From contig NC_087436.1 in assembly GCF_036321535.1 (NCBI RefSeq), positions 45,510,001-45,574,000 of the forward strand: a stretch of DNA of 64,000 bases, read 5' to 3'. The DNA is from Camelus dromedarius. Its lineage: Eukaryota. Under the pieces are notes generated by a model. That model saw only the letters and a list, made by a program, of their open reading frames with translations. It made no database searches and was not told the DNA's origin. The translations under genes and the position numbers were made by a program. Of this stretch, positions 63,546 to 64,000 are shown in pieces. Each line of letters starts with the position of its first letter. The stretch's first letter is position 1.

Positions 63546-63892
63546 TAGGCCTCTGAGATGAAGACGCATTCCTAATGGATTTAACATAAGAGTGATAAAG
63601 TCTGAAACAATGGGATTGCTGCAAATAGGAAAATGTGCTTGATGTAGCCCATAGCAGGCATTTTAAGATTGAAATTCAGAGGATGGTCATAGGCCAAATA
63701 ATCTTTGTTGCAAAAGAGTGTAAGATGGCACTTTAGAACCTGCAACAGTTGAGATAAATTGAATACATATTAATAATTTCTAACAAGCAGTATATTTTAG
63801 AAGAAATTCTAAGCTTTGGTGCCTAGTCCATTGTAAGGTAGGATGTGATAAGTCATATGTTACTAGTAAGAATTTTAAGTACTGATCTTTGA

Positions 63893-64000
63893 GTTATTTA
63901 TTTTTTTTAAATTGACAGAGTCATTTACAATGTTGTGTCAGTTTCTGGTGTACAGAATAATAGTTCAGTCATATATATACATACATATATTCCTTTTCAT
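63893..64000 (-). mobile_element. L1 3' end (runs off the window)
   Basis: tttttaaattgacagagtcatttacaatgttgtgtcagtttctggtgtacag. Confidence 0.8.

Larger units (their letters stand above)
62700..63890 (+). mobile_element. Possible fossil CR1-clade unit U10 (endonuclease part only)
   Basis: Weak ordered motifs: DIV near 62773, ELW near 62800, NWTVV near 62839 (~DII..TETW...DWN.V), KNFKY near 63869 (~GDFNY). Confidence 0.3.

Overview
AT-rich mammalian genomic DNA, most likely from a camelid (four copies of a tRNA-derived SINE resembling camelid Vic-1). I found no intact protein-coding exon, RNA gene or CpG island, so the window is probably intronic or intergenic. The surface layer is ordinary: L1 3' ends, one L1 fragment with the ORF2 C-terminus, MIR, L2, MER5/MER20, MER82, MER44, MLT1 and three ERV LTRs. 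Beneath these insertions, short + strand translations repeatedly recover degenerate CR1/L3-clade LINE ORF2 motifs (APE endonuclease followed by reverse transcriptase) in canonical order. They appear to tile almost the whole 64 kb as a head-to-tail, same-orientation array of about 9 near-complete and 2 partial fossil EN-RT units. Most units start at the first endonuclease motif and fade shortly after the RT core. This reading comes from manual motif matching across frameshifts and stops and needs profile-HMM confirmation. Repeat boundaries are approximate unless TSDs or TIRs are quoted.
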